From Eledone cirrhosa (taxonomy: Eukaryota), in NCBI GenBank assembly GCA_964016885.1, contig OZ024740.1, positions 301,816,001 to 301,880,000 on the forward strand: DNA of 64,000 bases. Reading direction: 5' to 3'. The notes beneath the pieces are model-generated. The model was given only the letters and a program-made list of their open reading frames with translations, had not been told where the DNA came from and ran no database searches. Positions 1 through 13,143 of the stretch are shown piece after piece. The position numbers and the translations under genes were made by a program. The stretch's first letter is position 1. Each line of letters opens with the position of its first letter.

Positions 1-344
1 AAGGCTTAACGGGCAAAGAAAAATATAAATAAAAGTAATGCAAGAGATATATAAAAAAAATAAGGAAATATAGTTCGTGTATGTGTATAAATGTGTGTAT
101 ATTTATTCACAAATGTACATAAGTGTGTATATAAAAATGCATGTGTATAGTGAGAATATGTGCGTAAGTACATATATGAGGGCAAGCATATCAGTGTATG
201 TGTGACCACAATACGTATATAATATATGTTGAAAAAGGAATTGTAAGATAATAGAGTTAACGTACATCCAGATACAGGTATTAAATATACACACATGAAA
301 GTATGAAAGCACGCGTATAAACACACACACGCGCGATCACACAC

Positions 345-1149
345 AAGCTATTTTCAATAAGGCATCCGTCTACTATAATATAGCCCTTCAAAATAGCGGA
401 TTCAGCGAAACGATTAAGTACATACCCAACAATACTAACGCCTTTAAACATAATAATAGGAAAAGAAAATTAATCTGGTTCACACCCCCTACTCTTTAGC
501 AGTTAAAACTAATGTATGCAAAACATTCCTAGAGCTCTTAGATAAACATTTCCCTAGAACACATAGATACTATAAGATCTTCAATAGAGACTGTTTCAAA
601 ATTAGCTACTCCAGCGGTCCCCCTATTAAATCTTATATCCTCAATAAGAAAACAATCAGAGAACATCAAAATTGCTCTTGTAGTGTCAAAAGTGAATGCC
701 CATTATAAGGTATATGCAACACCAAAGCCATTGTATATGCGGCTAAAGTGACAACCATCAGCAACAACCTACCAGCCACTAGCGAACGATATGTGGGTAT
801 GGCACAAGACAAATTCAAAACGGGTTATTACTCACATGTCGCATCTTTTCGACATCCGGAAAAAAGATTTACAACAGCTCTGGCTAGCAGAATATGGGAT
901 TTGAAAGACAAAGGTATCCAATATAAATTGGATTGGTCAATTTTGAACCAATCTAAAGAATATGCAAGAGGAACAAGAAGATGCACACTCTGCATAAGTG
1001 AAAAGTATTGGATTTTACAGAACCTTAAATCACCAAAAACCTGCCTAAATGCAAAAATAGAAATTTTCACCAGTTGCCCACACATGAAATCACACTTGCT
1101 TTCCAGCTCATATAAACTTAACTCACTTTCAGATACTTATCCTCCATAA
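345..1149 (+). pseudogene. Penelope-like element 3' fragment: RT thumb/linker plus GIY-YIG endonuclease (decayed)
   Basis: Upstream frames give RKLIWFTP…, FPRTHRYYKIFN and CSC…ECPL*GIC…IVY. ORF 748-1149 has RYVG…FK…H…SF…TALA..IW.LK…C.LC..EK..I…LN.K.E…C.H, typical of the PLE GIY-YIG region. Confidence 0.85.
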
Positions 1150-2230
1150 ACTTTTGTTCATCACTTTCCTTAAATTATCCTCTTTACAGACTTCTCTTTC
1201 TGATTTATTTTTAACTTTATTTTTATTTTTATTTTTACTTCACATCCACCAGTGACCCTCCTCCCTACTTTTTGATTCACTTACCTAATATCTTCACAAT
1301 TCCACATTTTACTTCCGCATTTTCTTTCACTACCTGTTATTACTTGTCACTTTCGTTTTCGACCTCAGATATATTATGTTGCTTCGCAGCCGCTTTTGTA
1401 TTTGTACTCCTTTATTCATACGGCTGGTTTATAATTTGTATCTATGCGTGTGAGTGTGCATGTATGTGTGTATATGTATATATATATATATGGTCGCGTA
1501 CATACGTGTGATTAGATATATATGTGCCGATATATATATATATGTGGTTCGTGTGTATGTATGCGCGCCTCTGTATGTATGTACGCATGTATATGTTTTT
1601 GTCTGTACGTATTTATATATATATATATCTTTATATATATATGTGTGTACATACGAAGCTATGTTTGTTTTCCTTTTTCTAGTGTTAATTCATAATTGAT
1701 AACCCTTCCCTCCTACTTTCTCTTTGATTTAAACATTTTTATTCTCTTATATTGTTTCATTTTTATATGTATCGAGCCTCAGACTGACACCACTTTGACT
1801 GATACACTCCCTTCCCTGTATATATCACTCGCATGTATGTGGTCGTGCGTGTGTGTGTATATACGCGTGCTTTAATACTTGTATGTGTATATATTTCATT
1901 CCTTAATACCTGAGTCTGGATGTACGTTAACTCTATTATCTTACAATTCCTTTTTCAACATATATTATATACGTATTTGTGGTCACACATAGACTGATAT
2001 GCTTGCCCTCATATATGTACATACGCACATATTTTTTCACTATACACATGCATTTGTATATACACACATATGTGCATTTGTAAGTGAATATACACACATT
2101 TATACACATACCTAAATATATTTCCTTTTTGTTAATCTATCTCTTGCATTAATTTTATTTATATTTTTTTTTGCCCGTTAAACTTTTGCCTTTTTTGAGG
2201 AGATTTTTCAAACATCTCACTATGTTTTAA

Positions 2231-2306
2231 ATTGCCTTGTCCGACGAACGAATGAGGACGTTTTTCGTATTCGTCTTATTTCGGAAACCTCTGGTAATGA
2301 GGTAAT
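2231..2306 (+). ncRNA. Type I hammerhead ribozyme (CCGACGA core variant) in a PLE pLTR
   Basis: Stem I attgccttgt/atgaggtaat; core ccgacga; stem II; GAAA; stem III cc-tct-gg; GUA site. Confidence 0.7.
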
Positions 2307-2330
2307 TGTATTGTATTGTTTATTATATAT

Positions 2331-2454
<124 letters not shown>

Positions 2455-3238
2455 TGTGTGTGTGTGTGTGTATGTGTGTATAATAGAAAAACCACGTTTC
2501 GTTTACATATGAAAAATATTTATTGCGCATCGCACTTTTACGCCCGTTTCGCAGAGGATTGGCTCAATTTGACCCACAGGAGTTATGGACCCGACTCCAG
2601 TATTGATCTGCTCTTTAGACGGGTTCATAACTGTTATGGTTTATCTTGAGCTAAATATCTGCTAAATGCGCGTAACAGGTCGATACGCAATAAATATTTT
2701 TCATATGTAGACGAAATGTCCTCGTTTTTTCTAGCATATATACTCTGCCTCTGCATAGAGTGCTTGATTTGGTCCCACCATCATTCTACACACTAATGTT
2801 TCTGGGTATTACCCTTCATCAGTACAGTTCAACTGCCAGAGCTAGTGAAAATATATATTTTCTAAAATATACAGTGACTCAGCTCTGTTTAGTTACCAAC
2901 ATAATAGCAAGAATGAAGGGCTCATTCTACTGACATGACTTTAAAAATGAGGCTTGTTTGTATAATTGCAAATGAATCGAATATTATTATTAATATTCCA
3001 AAAACTCAGATTACATGTATTGTATTCAGCCATGTATGGGGAAATTTATCTTTATTTATTTGAATGTGGCAAAGCCGGCCATTTATCGCCTGTATACAAG
3101 AAAGTGACTGGCCAATCTGCTGATATGCAAATCTGACTGATCAGCCAGTCTGCTAATATGCAAATCAGGCCGATCAGTAACTGTATATTTTAGAAAATAT
3201 ATATTTTCACTAGCTCTGACAGATGGCAGGTGAACAGT

Positions 3239-3288
3239 GAACTGTACTGATGAAGGGTTATACCCAGAAACCACAGTGTCTGCAGTTC
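3239..3288 (+). ncRNA. Type I hammerhead ribozyme, with a degenerate inverted copy at about 2788-2830
   Basis: gaactgta CTGATGA a-gggt-tat-accc-a GAAA ccacagtg TC tgcagttc; 8-bp stem I. Confidence 0.75.
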
Positions 3289-3769
3289 TGTTTACATGCC
3301 AACACAAGAGCAACAATGAAGGGCTCATTCTACTGGCATGGCTTTAAAAGTGAGGCTTGTTTGCATAGTTGCAAAGGAATGGAATGTTTTGGCAGTATTG
3401 ACCATACGGAATTGACCAGCTCTATCCAGTGGTGAACCTTCAAACCTGAATAAAAAATATATATGTATATATAACGAAGGAGGTGTGGTAAGGAACCATA
3501 ACGCACCAGAGTACTCAATATTTAGGGTAGTAGAGTGGGTAATAGGAACATTTTTAACCTCGACAGCAGAGCTCAAAGCCGTGGAAACGGATTAAATCTA
3601 GGGTAACCACAGTAACTAAGGTAATCAATACAAAGCAGAGTATAACTATTTAATATAGAAATCGTTTCTACAGGAATAGAACTGTGTCATTCGGGAGAAA
3701 TCATCAGGAGGCCGACTTGATGAGTTCTCCCGAATGAAGCAGTTCTAGTCCTGTAGAAGCCATTTCAGG

Positions 3770-3960
3770 GTGGTGGAGTAGCAGTATCGGTAGAGGGCCG
3801 GACGCCATTCGTTCCCGCATAGTTACGTCCCTTTACGACCTGAGTTCAAATCCCGCCGAGGTAGACTTTGCCTTTATTCCTTACGGGGTCGACAGAATAA
3901 AGTACCAGTAATGCACTGGGTAATGGATGGCCTTGTGCCTAAAGCAGAAACAATTATTAA
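3770..3960 (+). mobile_element. tRNA-derived SINE (octopod-type)
   Basis: B-box-like gagttcaaatcccgcc followed by the conserved gccttt..cctt.cggggtcga..gaataaagtaccagt body and a ggccttgtgcc…gaaacaattatt tail. Confidence 0.75.
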
Positions 3961-4012
3961 TATTCGAAAAACTCAGATTACATTTATTGTATTCAGCCAT
4001 GTATAACAAAAA

Positions 4013-4051
<39 letters not shown>

Positions 4052-4281
4052 CGTTTCTGAATTTGTTTAGCAAGATTCTTTATCTGAAATCGTGTGTTGA
4101 AACCAATATTGTTATACTTTGGGAGGGTCATGTTGCCAATAAGAAACACACGCACCAGTTGCTTTCACTTCAATTTATTATATATTTATAAATTTATAAA
4201 TTTACAAATTTACAAATCTGCAAACTTATAAATTTCTGGTTGGTTGGTTGGCTCCACAACCAGATAGTTGTTTATATATAT

Positions 4282-4325
4282 AGTCATAGTCCTTTCGTCA
4301 CACACTCTGTGACCTCTTCAGTGAC
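4282..4325 (-). ncRNA. Minimal type I HHR in a solo pLTR (about 4050-4350) of the 8.4-13 kb PLE family
   Basis: Minus strand: agtca CTGAAGA g-gtcaca-gagtg-tgtgac GAAA ggac TA tgact. Confidence 0.7.
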
Positions 4326-5039
4326 TGGGGATTCCTTTCTTCGTTTCTGTGCCTTTCCTTTCTTCTATCCTACGTAGGATATATTGTTTTGGGGAAAAGT
4401 AAACAAGATATGTATGAAATGTTTACCTATTCACAGAAGGGTATTGGTAGGTAGACAATGGCAGGTGACCGGCTGCTCAAAAAAGCAGTCTGATTCACCC
4501 ATATTTGTTGCTCTACCGTAGGGAAGTAATTACCAATTGAAGATATATATTAAATATACATGTTAAATATACAATTTGAATATACAAACCTCTATGTAAT
4601 ACATATTGAGATGTGATATAACCGCAGCTGCTAACTCTTAAGTATTTTGTGCTGGAAGTTCTTGTCAATTGAGTGGCTGAGCTGTCAACTGTTCACTATC
4701 TAGTTGTATGCAACTTGAGACTAATTTCAGCCAAATAAGCACTCAAAGATGATTGGTTCCATTCAACTTACGTTGTATTTGGATAAGGAAGTCAGAAGGG
4801 ATTATGCAGATGTTTTTCCATTCAAATTCAGAGACCTCCCGAATCGAACTGGTGACTTTGAAACGGAGCGAAGATTGGTCACCTCGGCAGTTTCTGTTTC
4901 AGCTGTTAAATGCTTTGAGTGACGAGACTTTGTGTGGTGCTCTAGTGGAACACCGACCCCTTGTTTCAATCAATATTTCAAATATGCCAGGAAAGGCAGA
5001 ACAGTAGAGCTACAAGTAGGCCTTAAAATGGAAATGAGT

Positions 5040-5650
5040 TCTTGCAGATACAACAAAGACGTCCGCAGTTAGGACATAATTTAAGGTTTAAGCTGGAATC
5101 CTGTTTCACTTCAGAAAATAAATTTTTCATAGGGACCAGCCGTGGACATCATAACAAGAAGACCTACTCCACAACGATTATCCGAAACGCGCCTGAGGTT
5201 TTCTCTCTGTGGAGAGAATCATCCTCACGAGGCTGAGGGAATACATTAATGATCGCCTAAACCCGATTAACGCAACATTTGATTGTGCGTCTAGGAACGA
5301 TATTTAATCTATCGATGGTTAAGCTTACAAGTGCAGTTAAAGAGATCAAATATGGCAAGGCCGCAGAGGAGGAGGATATTCGGCATTAGATGTTAAACGC
5401 CTTATATATAGGTGTCCTCCGGAAGACTCGTGTGCGCCTGTTCGACTGTATTTCTTGGAAGGCATCTAATCAATTGCTATCAAGATTGAAAAATCACAAT
5501 TTTGAAATCTACAGACGGGAATGATTTCTCTAAATACAACTAAATATACTTGTTAAGGCTACCCGTTTAGATTCATGCTAAGTATCTCACAAAGAGATGT
5601 AGGGAGGTTGTAGTGTCTAGGATAGTTGACGAAAAGTGTAGTTTATGCGT
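5040..5650 (+). pseudogene. Highly decayed RTE-type LINE RT fragment
   Basis: SAVKEIKYGKAAEEEDIRH*MLNAL at about 5330-5403 resembles the AVK.L..GKAPG.D.I..EMLKAL motif preceding non-LTR RT. Confidence 0.55.
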
Positions 5651-6537
5651 ATATTTTTAATGCAATGCATAGCACCTGATGATTTCGTCTGCATCCGTTT
5701 GTTATTCTCAACGAATTTTGAAGTAACTAGATGTATTATGAATTCCAGGTTTCAGTTTATTATGCAGTACTTATGACTTTAATTTTATTGCTTGTTCTTG
5801 TCTGTTTCATGTTGCCAAATTATCCGTAAATACATATCATTTCCATGCAAAGATCTTTCATTTTTTTGCAAATGGAACTGAAATTCGTGGAACCATCTTG
5901 GAATATCAAACAATTATTTGTTGAGAAGCTACCATGGAATGTTTTGATTCCAGATACCTCGTAGTAAAGTAGAGAACATGCAAGAAAATGAAACTTGCGA
6001 CCAACCACATGGGATGCATCATTTTTCTTTTGAAGAAATCGTTTTCCAGTTGATTTACCTGCTTTTCGTTAAATGACACCCATTTCAAGTATTTATTTCA
6101 TTCCATTTTAAAACGTTTTTAAATAATCAAACGTCACTTCGAATGAAAGATTTCAAGATGTGTTATTCTATTATGCAAGAGCTAATAATTTACCGTTACG
6201 TTCTATTTCAAAGACAATGCACCAAACGTACATATTTCCAGAAATCTGTGACACTATGCTCTGTATGCAAAAATATATTCAGTTTCTTTTTGATAGTTAC
6301 TAACGTCTCTTGAATTTCGATTTGCGATGTAGGATTAGCAATATCACTTGAAGAGGGAGGTGGAGACTAAAAAGTAATATGTTGCATAATCATTTGAATT
6401 TTAACGATGAGGCTTAGGGAAATAAATCAGGATTCGGATGGTTTATTCAAGGTTCAATTTAACGATGTACGTTTTAATGAGATCGCCCTATATACATACA
6501 CACGCACATACATATTGACATGTTCACACAAACACAC

Positions 6538-6569
<32 letters not shown>

Positions 6570-6583
<14 letters not shown>

Positions 6584-7421
6584 CGGCGATGAATTAGTTT
6601 TGCGAGGTTTTTTATATGAAATCGTGTGTCGAAACAGATATTGTTATATTTGGGGAGGGTCATATTTGCGTAATATTGCCAGAATTAATAACAGAACACA
6701 CTCACTGTTTGGTTGGTTTTCGCTTCTCGCTGTCTTTTATATATATATATCTGCGATCTAACTTACTCGGTCCTCAATGTTGCCATTGACTGACCGGCGG
6801 TCAAAAATAATACAGATACAATATAGACAAACACATATATATATAGTTTACATAATTTACATAAATCTTTCGTTGCACATCTGCAACATCGTCAGTGGTG
6901 TTATATTCATTGTTCCTCCTGTTGTGTTGTATGTCTACGCCATTTTTTCGTACCCTTTCAAAATGCGCCATTGACGTACCCTTTCAAAATGCGACCGTTA
7001 CTTTTGGAAGACAGTTCCAAAAGTAGCGTTCGCATTTTGAAAGGGTACGTCAATGTTTATTTATAAAACTGGTATATATTGTATTTTGTCTGATGAAGGC
7101 ATACTATAATTTAACTTGGTATCCTTGAAAAAATGGCGTAGACATACAACACAACAGGAGGAACAATGAATATAACACCACTGACGATGTTGCAGTGTGC
7201 AACGAAAGATTTATGTAAATTATGTAAACTATATATATATGTGTTTGTCTATATTGTATCTGTATTATTTTTGACCGTCGGTCAGTCAATGGCAACATTG
7301 AGGACCGAGTAAGTTAGATTACCGATATAAAAGACAGCGAGAAGCGAAAACCAACCAAACAGTGAGTGTGTTCTGTTATTAATTCTGGCAATATTACGCA
7401 AATATGACCCTCCCCAAATAT

Positions 7422-7430
<9 letters not shown>
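6570..7430. mobile_element. Non-autonomous pLTR-like inverted pair (arms about 6640-6945 and 7130-7430); same family at 39205-39935
   Basis: Long reverse-complement match between the arms. HHRs at 7177-7216 (+), 6859-6900 (-) and 39408-39450 (-): CTGACGA t-gttgca..tgcaac GAAA gatt TA. Confidence 0.7.
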
Positions 7431-7491
<61 letters not shown>

Positions 7492-7771
7492 TATACACAT
7501 ACTAATGTATGTATATATATATATTCATATATATATATATATATCGTACCTCACGCAATCGATAAAATAATTACCAAGCTTTAATAAGTACTGACAACCT
7601 AAGAAAAGAACAGACGACAATGACCAGCATGGTCGCAGTCCAATATCTGAACTAGAAAAACATATATATATAACACATAACATAGATGGAAATCTGTCAC
7701 ACATTGCCTCCTGCATAAACACTCAATCGCGAGAGTGATATATGTATATATATATATATATATACACACAC

Positions 7772-7842
<71 letters not shown>

Positions 7843-7843
<1 letters not shown>

Positions 7844-8278
7844 GATATTAACAAATGGAAACTATATTTATAAAACCATATTTATTTCATTATACATATT
7901 TCAAGGATACCAAGTTAAATTATGGTATGCCTTCATCAGACAAAATACAATATATACCAGTTTTATAAATAAACATTGACGTACCCTTTCAAAATGCGAC
8001 CGTTACTTTTGGAAGACAGTTCCAAAAGTAGCGTTCGCATTTTGAAAGGGTACGTCAATGTTTATTTATAAAACTGGTATATATTGTATTTTGTCTGATG
8101 AAGGCATACTATAATTTAACTTGGTATCCTTGAAATATGTATAATGAAATAAATATGGTTTTATAAATATAGTTTCCATTTGTTAATATCGTATATCTAC
8201 TCCAAATACTTTGCGAGTGCTTTATATCAGTTATAAATATATTTGCTTGTTGTATCCCAACAATTTAAATAGAACGTT

Positions 8279-8285
<7 letters not shown>
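7843..8285. mobile_element. Hairpin pLTR-like element with two outward-facing HHRs
   Basis: Arms about 7843-7998 and 8034-8195 are reverse complements and are flanked by (TA)n. Confidence 0.75.
8087..8151 (+). ncRNA. Minimal type I HHR; same family at 7883-7947 (-), 13271-13336 (-), 40372-40435 (-) and truncated at 7082-7130
   Basis: tattttgt CTGATGA aggcatac…gtatcctt GAAA tatgta TA atgaaata. Stem II sequence varies among copies but still pairs. Confidence 0.75.
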
Positions 8286-8326
<41 letters not shown>

Positions 8327-8354
8327 GATACATATATATATGTATATATATATA

Positions 8355-11300
8355 TTGTTATACTTAGGGAGGGTCATGTTGCCAATAAGAAACACACGCA
8401 CCAGCTGCTTTCACTTCAATTTATTATAATAAATATATAAATTTAGGAATTTATAAATTTCCGGTCGGTTGGTTCCACAACCAGATGATTGTTATATATT
8501 GTCAAAGTTCTTTCGTCAGACATTATGTGACGTCTTCAGTAACTGGGGATTCTTTTCTTTGTTTGTGTGCCTCTCAATTATTCTGTCCTTCGCCATCTTT
8601 TTTCTGTGTGTGTGTTGTGTGATCAGTCTGCGCATGCGCCACATCCGGGTGTCTGTTTTTTTATATTCGTTTATTTATTTGTTTATTTACATGTTACTGG
8701 TTGGTTGTTTGTTCTATGTGCGTGTGTGTTTTCATTTTGTCCTTAATTGTAAGTTGTGATGTTGCTGTTCCACTCATGTTTTCTATTTAATTTTGGTTGT
8801 AATTCTTTTATATTTATTGTCTCTGTGATTTGTCTAAACATTGCGTCTTTTCTGTGTGTAGATTCTATTTTTATTTCTATGTCCTCTAATTTACCCTTAT
8901 GTTCTATTTTAGCATGTTGGTAGAGTACAGATGATTCTTTACTATCTTGAAGGTCTCGCCAGTGTTCATTTATCCGTTCCCCTTCACTACGAGCTGCTTA
9001 CCTCTGTACACTATATTTTTATCTCTACATTGTCATTCAGTACATCTTATGCTATATACTACATTTCTAGTTTTACAGTTAATATGGGGGCTTAATTTAC
9101 AGGTTATACATTTCTTATCTAGACAGGGGGGTTTTTGAAAAGGGTATGTCTTGATAATAAGTGTTTTTATGGAGGTACCTGGTCTTTCTACTATCTTAAT
9201 ATAGAGTTTATGTTTATCTATGGCCCTTCTAAATTTGTAATCTAATTCACCTCTAGGGGTTGTATCGATGAACATTACACTCTATTAGCCTTATTCCTAG
9301 TTCTTTCTATTCTATTCCGAAATTTGCTCCTATACAAAGGGCAGGTCCCATTTGTGTCATTATTTACCATTTTTTCCCATTTGGTTCTGGCTCCTCTATA
9401 CACTCTGATTTTATCTCTCTGATTGTAACCAGAGAACAGCATACGGTGGATGCAGTGTTGTATGTCTCTCTCTAGTTCTTCGGAGTTGTACATGCGGGGC
9501 ACGTTTCTCATCACCCGCACCAAATCCGCAATCAGTATGTTAGTTTTGGTGTGGTCCGAAACAGCTGAGTTTCGGTGGATCAGTTATTTGGAAGTCATGG
9601 GGTTGGCATAATGGGAATGGAGGATTTGTGTTTTGTTATTATTGGTATCTAACCAGAGCTCTGTGTCTAGTACAGGTAATCGATGGTTGGGGTGTTTGCT
9701 TGGGCAGTCTATAGTAACTCTAATACTCTGGTGGATGGAGTTAGCTATTTGCTGGATGCTTTCCATTGTGTTTTTCTTTTATTCCTGACTGTTCTCTTAG
9801 TGGGGGTGTTTTAACTACGATGTTTATATCATCAACATAGCGGGAGTACATTATCAGGGTTAAGAGGTCTTCTAATTGTTCTTTAAGTTTAAGTTTAAGT
9901 CTACTGTCACACCATACCATCAATAAGTTAGCTATGTCACCTGCAATGCTAACACCAATGGCTGCTCCCTCCTCTTGGGCATATGTATTTCCATTAAATT
10001 TGAACATATCTTCCTTAAGGGTTAATTTTATGCTGGCCCCCACCGCATGTGCAATCATTTTCTTTAGTTCATCGTGGTTTTCGAGGGTCCGTATGGCTCT
10101 GGTCCACCGGTTCCATCTATCTGTGTGGGTTTTCTTGGCCATTGAGGTAATGGTAGGTGGTCTGCCTCTTGCTGGTCTTGTAGGGCATAGGTTACTAAGG
10201 TCATATGTGTCTAGATAATTATTACTATAGGTAAGTTTAAGTAGGAATCCCAGCTCACTGGTATCAATCCCACGGAACTCAACATTGCTCTCAATGATCA
10301 TTTCTACGCATTTCTCCACAGCAAAATCCACGTCACTAGATGGATACAGGGACACAACATCCATACTACCTATTATGCAGTTTGTTAGGTCCTTCGATCG
10401 GTTACTCTCGCCGATTCTGCTGAGGAGGTCCTCCGTGCTGTCACATACATTTGGGGAAATTTCAATGCTGGGGCGTATGCTCAGGGAGAGGAAGTAGGAC
10501 AGTCTGTAGTTACTAGTAATGTTAGCTCCACAGACTGGCCGTGTTGGTGGTCCCGTGACAGGGTCACTGCCCGTTTTGTGGTCTTTTCGAAGCCCATACA
10601 ACGCTGGCACGTCGCTGTTCCAGGCCTGCAAGTTGTTGGCAGTCCTTTTGTTGGGCTGCATTATATTTGTCCACATCACCATATGGGCATTGAGGGCTTT
10701 TTCTCTATACTCATGCTCTTGTGGTGTTACTTCTCTTGTGTTAGTGATGTGGGGTTGCATTGCCTGGATGAAATTTGGCAGACTGTCAACCGACATTCTG
10801 CCAGACTTGTCCGTTGGAAAGCATGCTATCTCTCCATTACGCGAGCGCTGCATGAGCTTACGCAATACATTTGCAGATTTTTCGCCCAGTTGCTGGGCCT
10901 CCATTCTATTATACGTCTGGCTATACTGTTCTATAATATTTCTAAGTTTAGATCTAGCTATACTAAATTGTGCTTTTGTTTGTTTATCGACCTGCGACGG
11001 CAATTGCGTGCATTTATTAAAAGCTAAAGTCGTGGCGTGGACTCGTCGCAGGTCGAACGACTTATCGGAGGGATTATAAAAAGTAGAGTTCCAGGCTGCT
11101 ACTTTATGTGTACTAGTGCTATTGTTATTGTTAGTTGTGTTGTTTCTATTTCTATTTCCACCAACAGCCTCATGGTTGTTTCTATGTCTCTCATTATTAC
11201 TCCCGTCTCTTTCCTCGGGCTCATTGTTATTATCTACTCTATGTTGTGTGTCTGTGTGTTCGTCTTCGTTATTTTCTCTGTCCATAGTCTCCCTTCTCCT

Positions 11301-11520
11301 TTCAATCCTATTACCTTTCATTATGCCTGTGCTACTGCCATTACCTGTTTTCTGTGTCTGTGTGTTTGTTAAGATTGTGATGTTGGTGAGAGGCATTGAA
11401 TGTGTGTGTTGTTGTTGTTGTTGTTGTTGTTGCTGATGTGTGCTCTTGTTGATGTGTGTTGTTGTTGTTGCCTCCATGTATGTTATTATTGTTGTGTGTG
11501 TTGTTATTGTTGTTTGTGTA
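8355..11520 (-). mobile_element. Penelope-like retroelement (Naiad-like RT), frameshifted, with 3' pLTR
   Basis: ORF 9741-11477: PTDKSG, LYGLRKDHK, PTRPV, GSMDVVSLYPS, QEEGAAIG, RYVDD. Continues in ORFs 9584-9766, 9275-9523 and 9033-9275, with GIY-YIG to about 8750. Confidence 0.9.
9741..11477 (-). pseudogene. PLE reverse transcriptase ORF (578 aa, truncated by a frameshift)
   Basis: RT motifs DVVSLYPS, G.AIG and YVDD after an N/Q/T-rich N-terminus. Confidence 0.85.
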
Positions 11521-13080
11521 GGACAGTAGACTTTAACTTAAACTTAAAGAACAATTAGAAGACCCCTTAACCCTGATAATGTACTAACGCTACGTTGATG
11601 ATATAAACAACGTAGTTAAAACACCCCAACTAGAGAACAGTCAGGAATTAGAGAAAAACACAATGGAAAGCATCCAGTAAATAGCTAACTCCATCCACCG
11701 GAGTATTAGAGTCACTATAGACTACCCAAGCAAACACCCCAACCATCGATTACCTGTACTAGACACAGAGCTCTGGTTAGATACCATTAATAACAAAACA
11801 CAAATCCTCCATTCCCATTATGCTCAGCTGTTTCGGACCATACCAAAATCAACATACAGATTGCGGATTTGGTACGGGTGATGAGAAACGTGTCCCGCAT
11901 GTGCAACCGCGAAGAACTAGAGAGACACATACAACACTTCATCCACCATATGCAGTTATCTGGTTACAATCAGAGAGATACAATCAGAGTGTATAGAGTA
12001 GCCAGAAACAAATGGGAAAAAATGGTAAATAATGACACAAATGGGACCTGCCCCTTGTATAGGAGCAAATTTTGGAACATAATAGAAAGGATTAGGAATA
12101 AGGCTAATAGAATAAACTCATGGTATGATAGCAATAAATACCAGAGTGTAATGTTCATCGATACAACCCCTGGAGGTGAATTAGCTTACACATTTTGAAG
12201 GGCCCTAGATAAACATAAACTCAATATTAAGATAGTAGAAAGACCAGGTACCTCCACTTATTAGCAAGAAATACCCTTTTCAAAGACCCCCCTGTAGAGA
12301 TAGGAAATGTAGTATATAGCATAAGATGTACTGAAGGACAATGTAGAGATAAACATATAGTGTACATAGGTGAGACAGTTCGTATTGTAGGGGAACGGAT
12401 AAATGAACACTGGCGAGACCTTCAAGATAGTAAAGAATCATATGTACTCTACCAACATGCTAAAATAGAACATAAGGGTAAATTAGAGAACATAAAAATA
12501 AAAATAGTATCTACACACAGAAAAGACGCAATGTTTAGACGAAACACAGAGGCAATAAACATAAAAGAATTACAACCAAAATTAAATAGAAAACATCAGT
12601 GGAACAGCAACATCACAACTTACAATTAAGGACAAAATGAAAACACACACGCACATAGAACAAACAACCAACCTGTAACATGTAAATAAACAAATAAATA
12701 AACGAATATAAACACACACAGACACCCGAATGTGGGGCATGCGCAGACTGAGCACACAACACACACACAGAAACAAGATGGCGTAGGACAGAACAAAGGA
12801 GAGGCACGCAAACAAAGAAAAGAATCCCCAGTCACTGAAGAGGTCGCAGAATGTGTGACGAAAGAACTTTGACAATATATAAACAACCATCTGGTTGTAG
12901 AACCAACAAACCTACCGGAAATTTATAAATTCCTAAATTTATAAATTATTGTAATAAATTGAAGTGAATGCATCTGGTGCGTGTGTTTCTTATTGGCAAC
13001 ATGACCCTCCCAAAGTATAACAATATCGGTTTCATCACACGTTTTCAGATAAAGAATCTTGCTAAACTAATTCAGAAACG
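11521..13080 (+). mobile_element. Inverted partial copy of the same PLE (RT C-terminus, GIY-YIG, pLTR)
   Basis: Reverse complement of about 8355-9906. ORF 12360-12629 has YIGET.R…ER..EH…H…EA..I….P.LN. Confidence 0.88.
12831..12873 (+). ncRNA. Minimal type I HHR in the pLTR; mirror copy at 8501-8543 (-)
   Basis: gtca CTGAAGA g-gtcgca-gaatg-tgtgac GAAA gaac TT tgac. Confidence 0.7.

Positions 13081-13143
<63 letters not shown>

Larger units (their letters stand above)
1..2330 (+). mobile_element. PLE insertion with inverted pLTR (arm 1-345 is the reverse complement of about 1838-2186) and a 3' pLTR carrying an HHR
   Basis: aacgggcaaagaaaaatataaataaaa near position 8 matches ttttatttatattttttttttgcccgtt near 2153-2179. 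The element ends in (TA)n(TG)n. Confidence 0.75.

Noticed and set aside
3665-3760. Hairpin containing CTGATGA/TTGATGA
   Set aside because: The inverted repeat is real, but I could not build consistent HHR stems I-III.
3770-3860. tRNA gene (B-box GTTCAAATCC)
   Set aside because: There is no cloverleaf; it is the head of a repeated SINE.
5670-5730. CTGATGA followed by a stem
   Set aside because: Followed by GAAG rather than GAAA, with no stem I or III; probably chance or too decayed.
9033-9035. In-frame TGA in …IRCTE*QC… of the Naiad-like GIY-YIG, a possible selenocysteine
   Set aside because: The inverted sister arm has GGA at this codon (about 12336), the element has other disabling mutations, and I see no SECIS-like stem in the 3' region.
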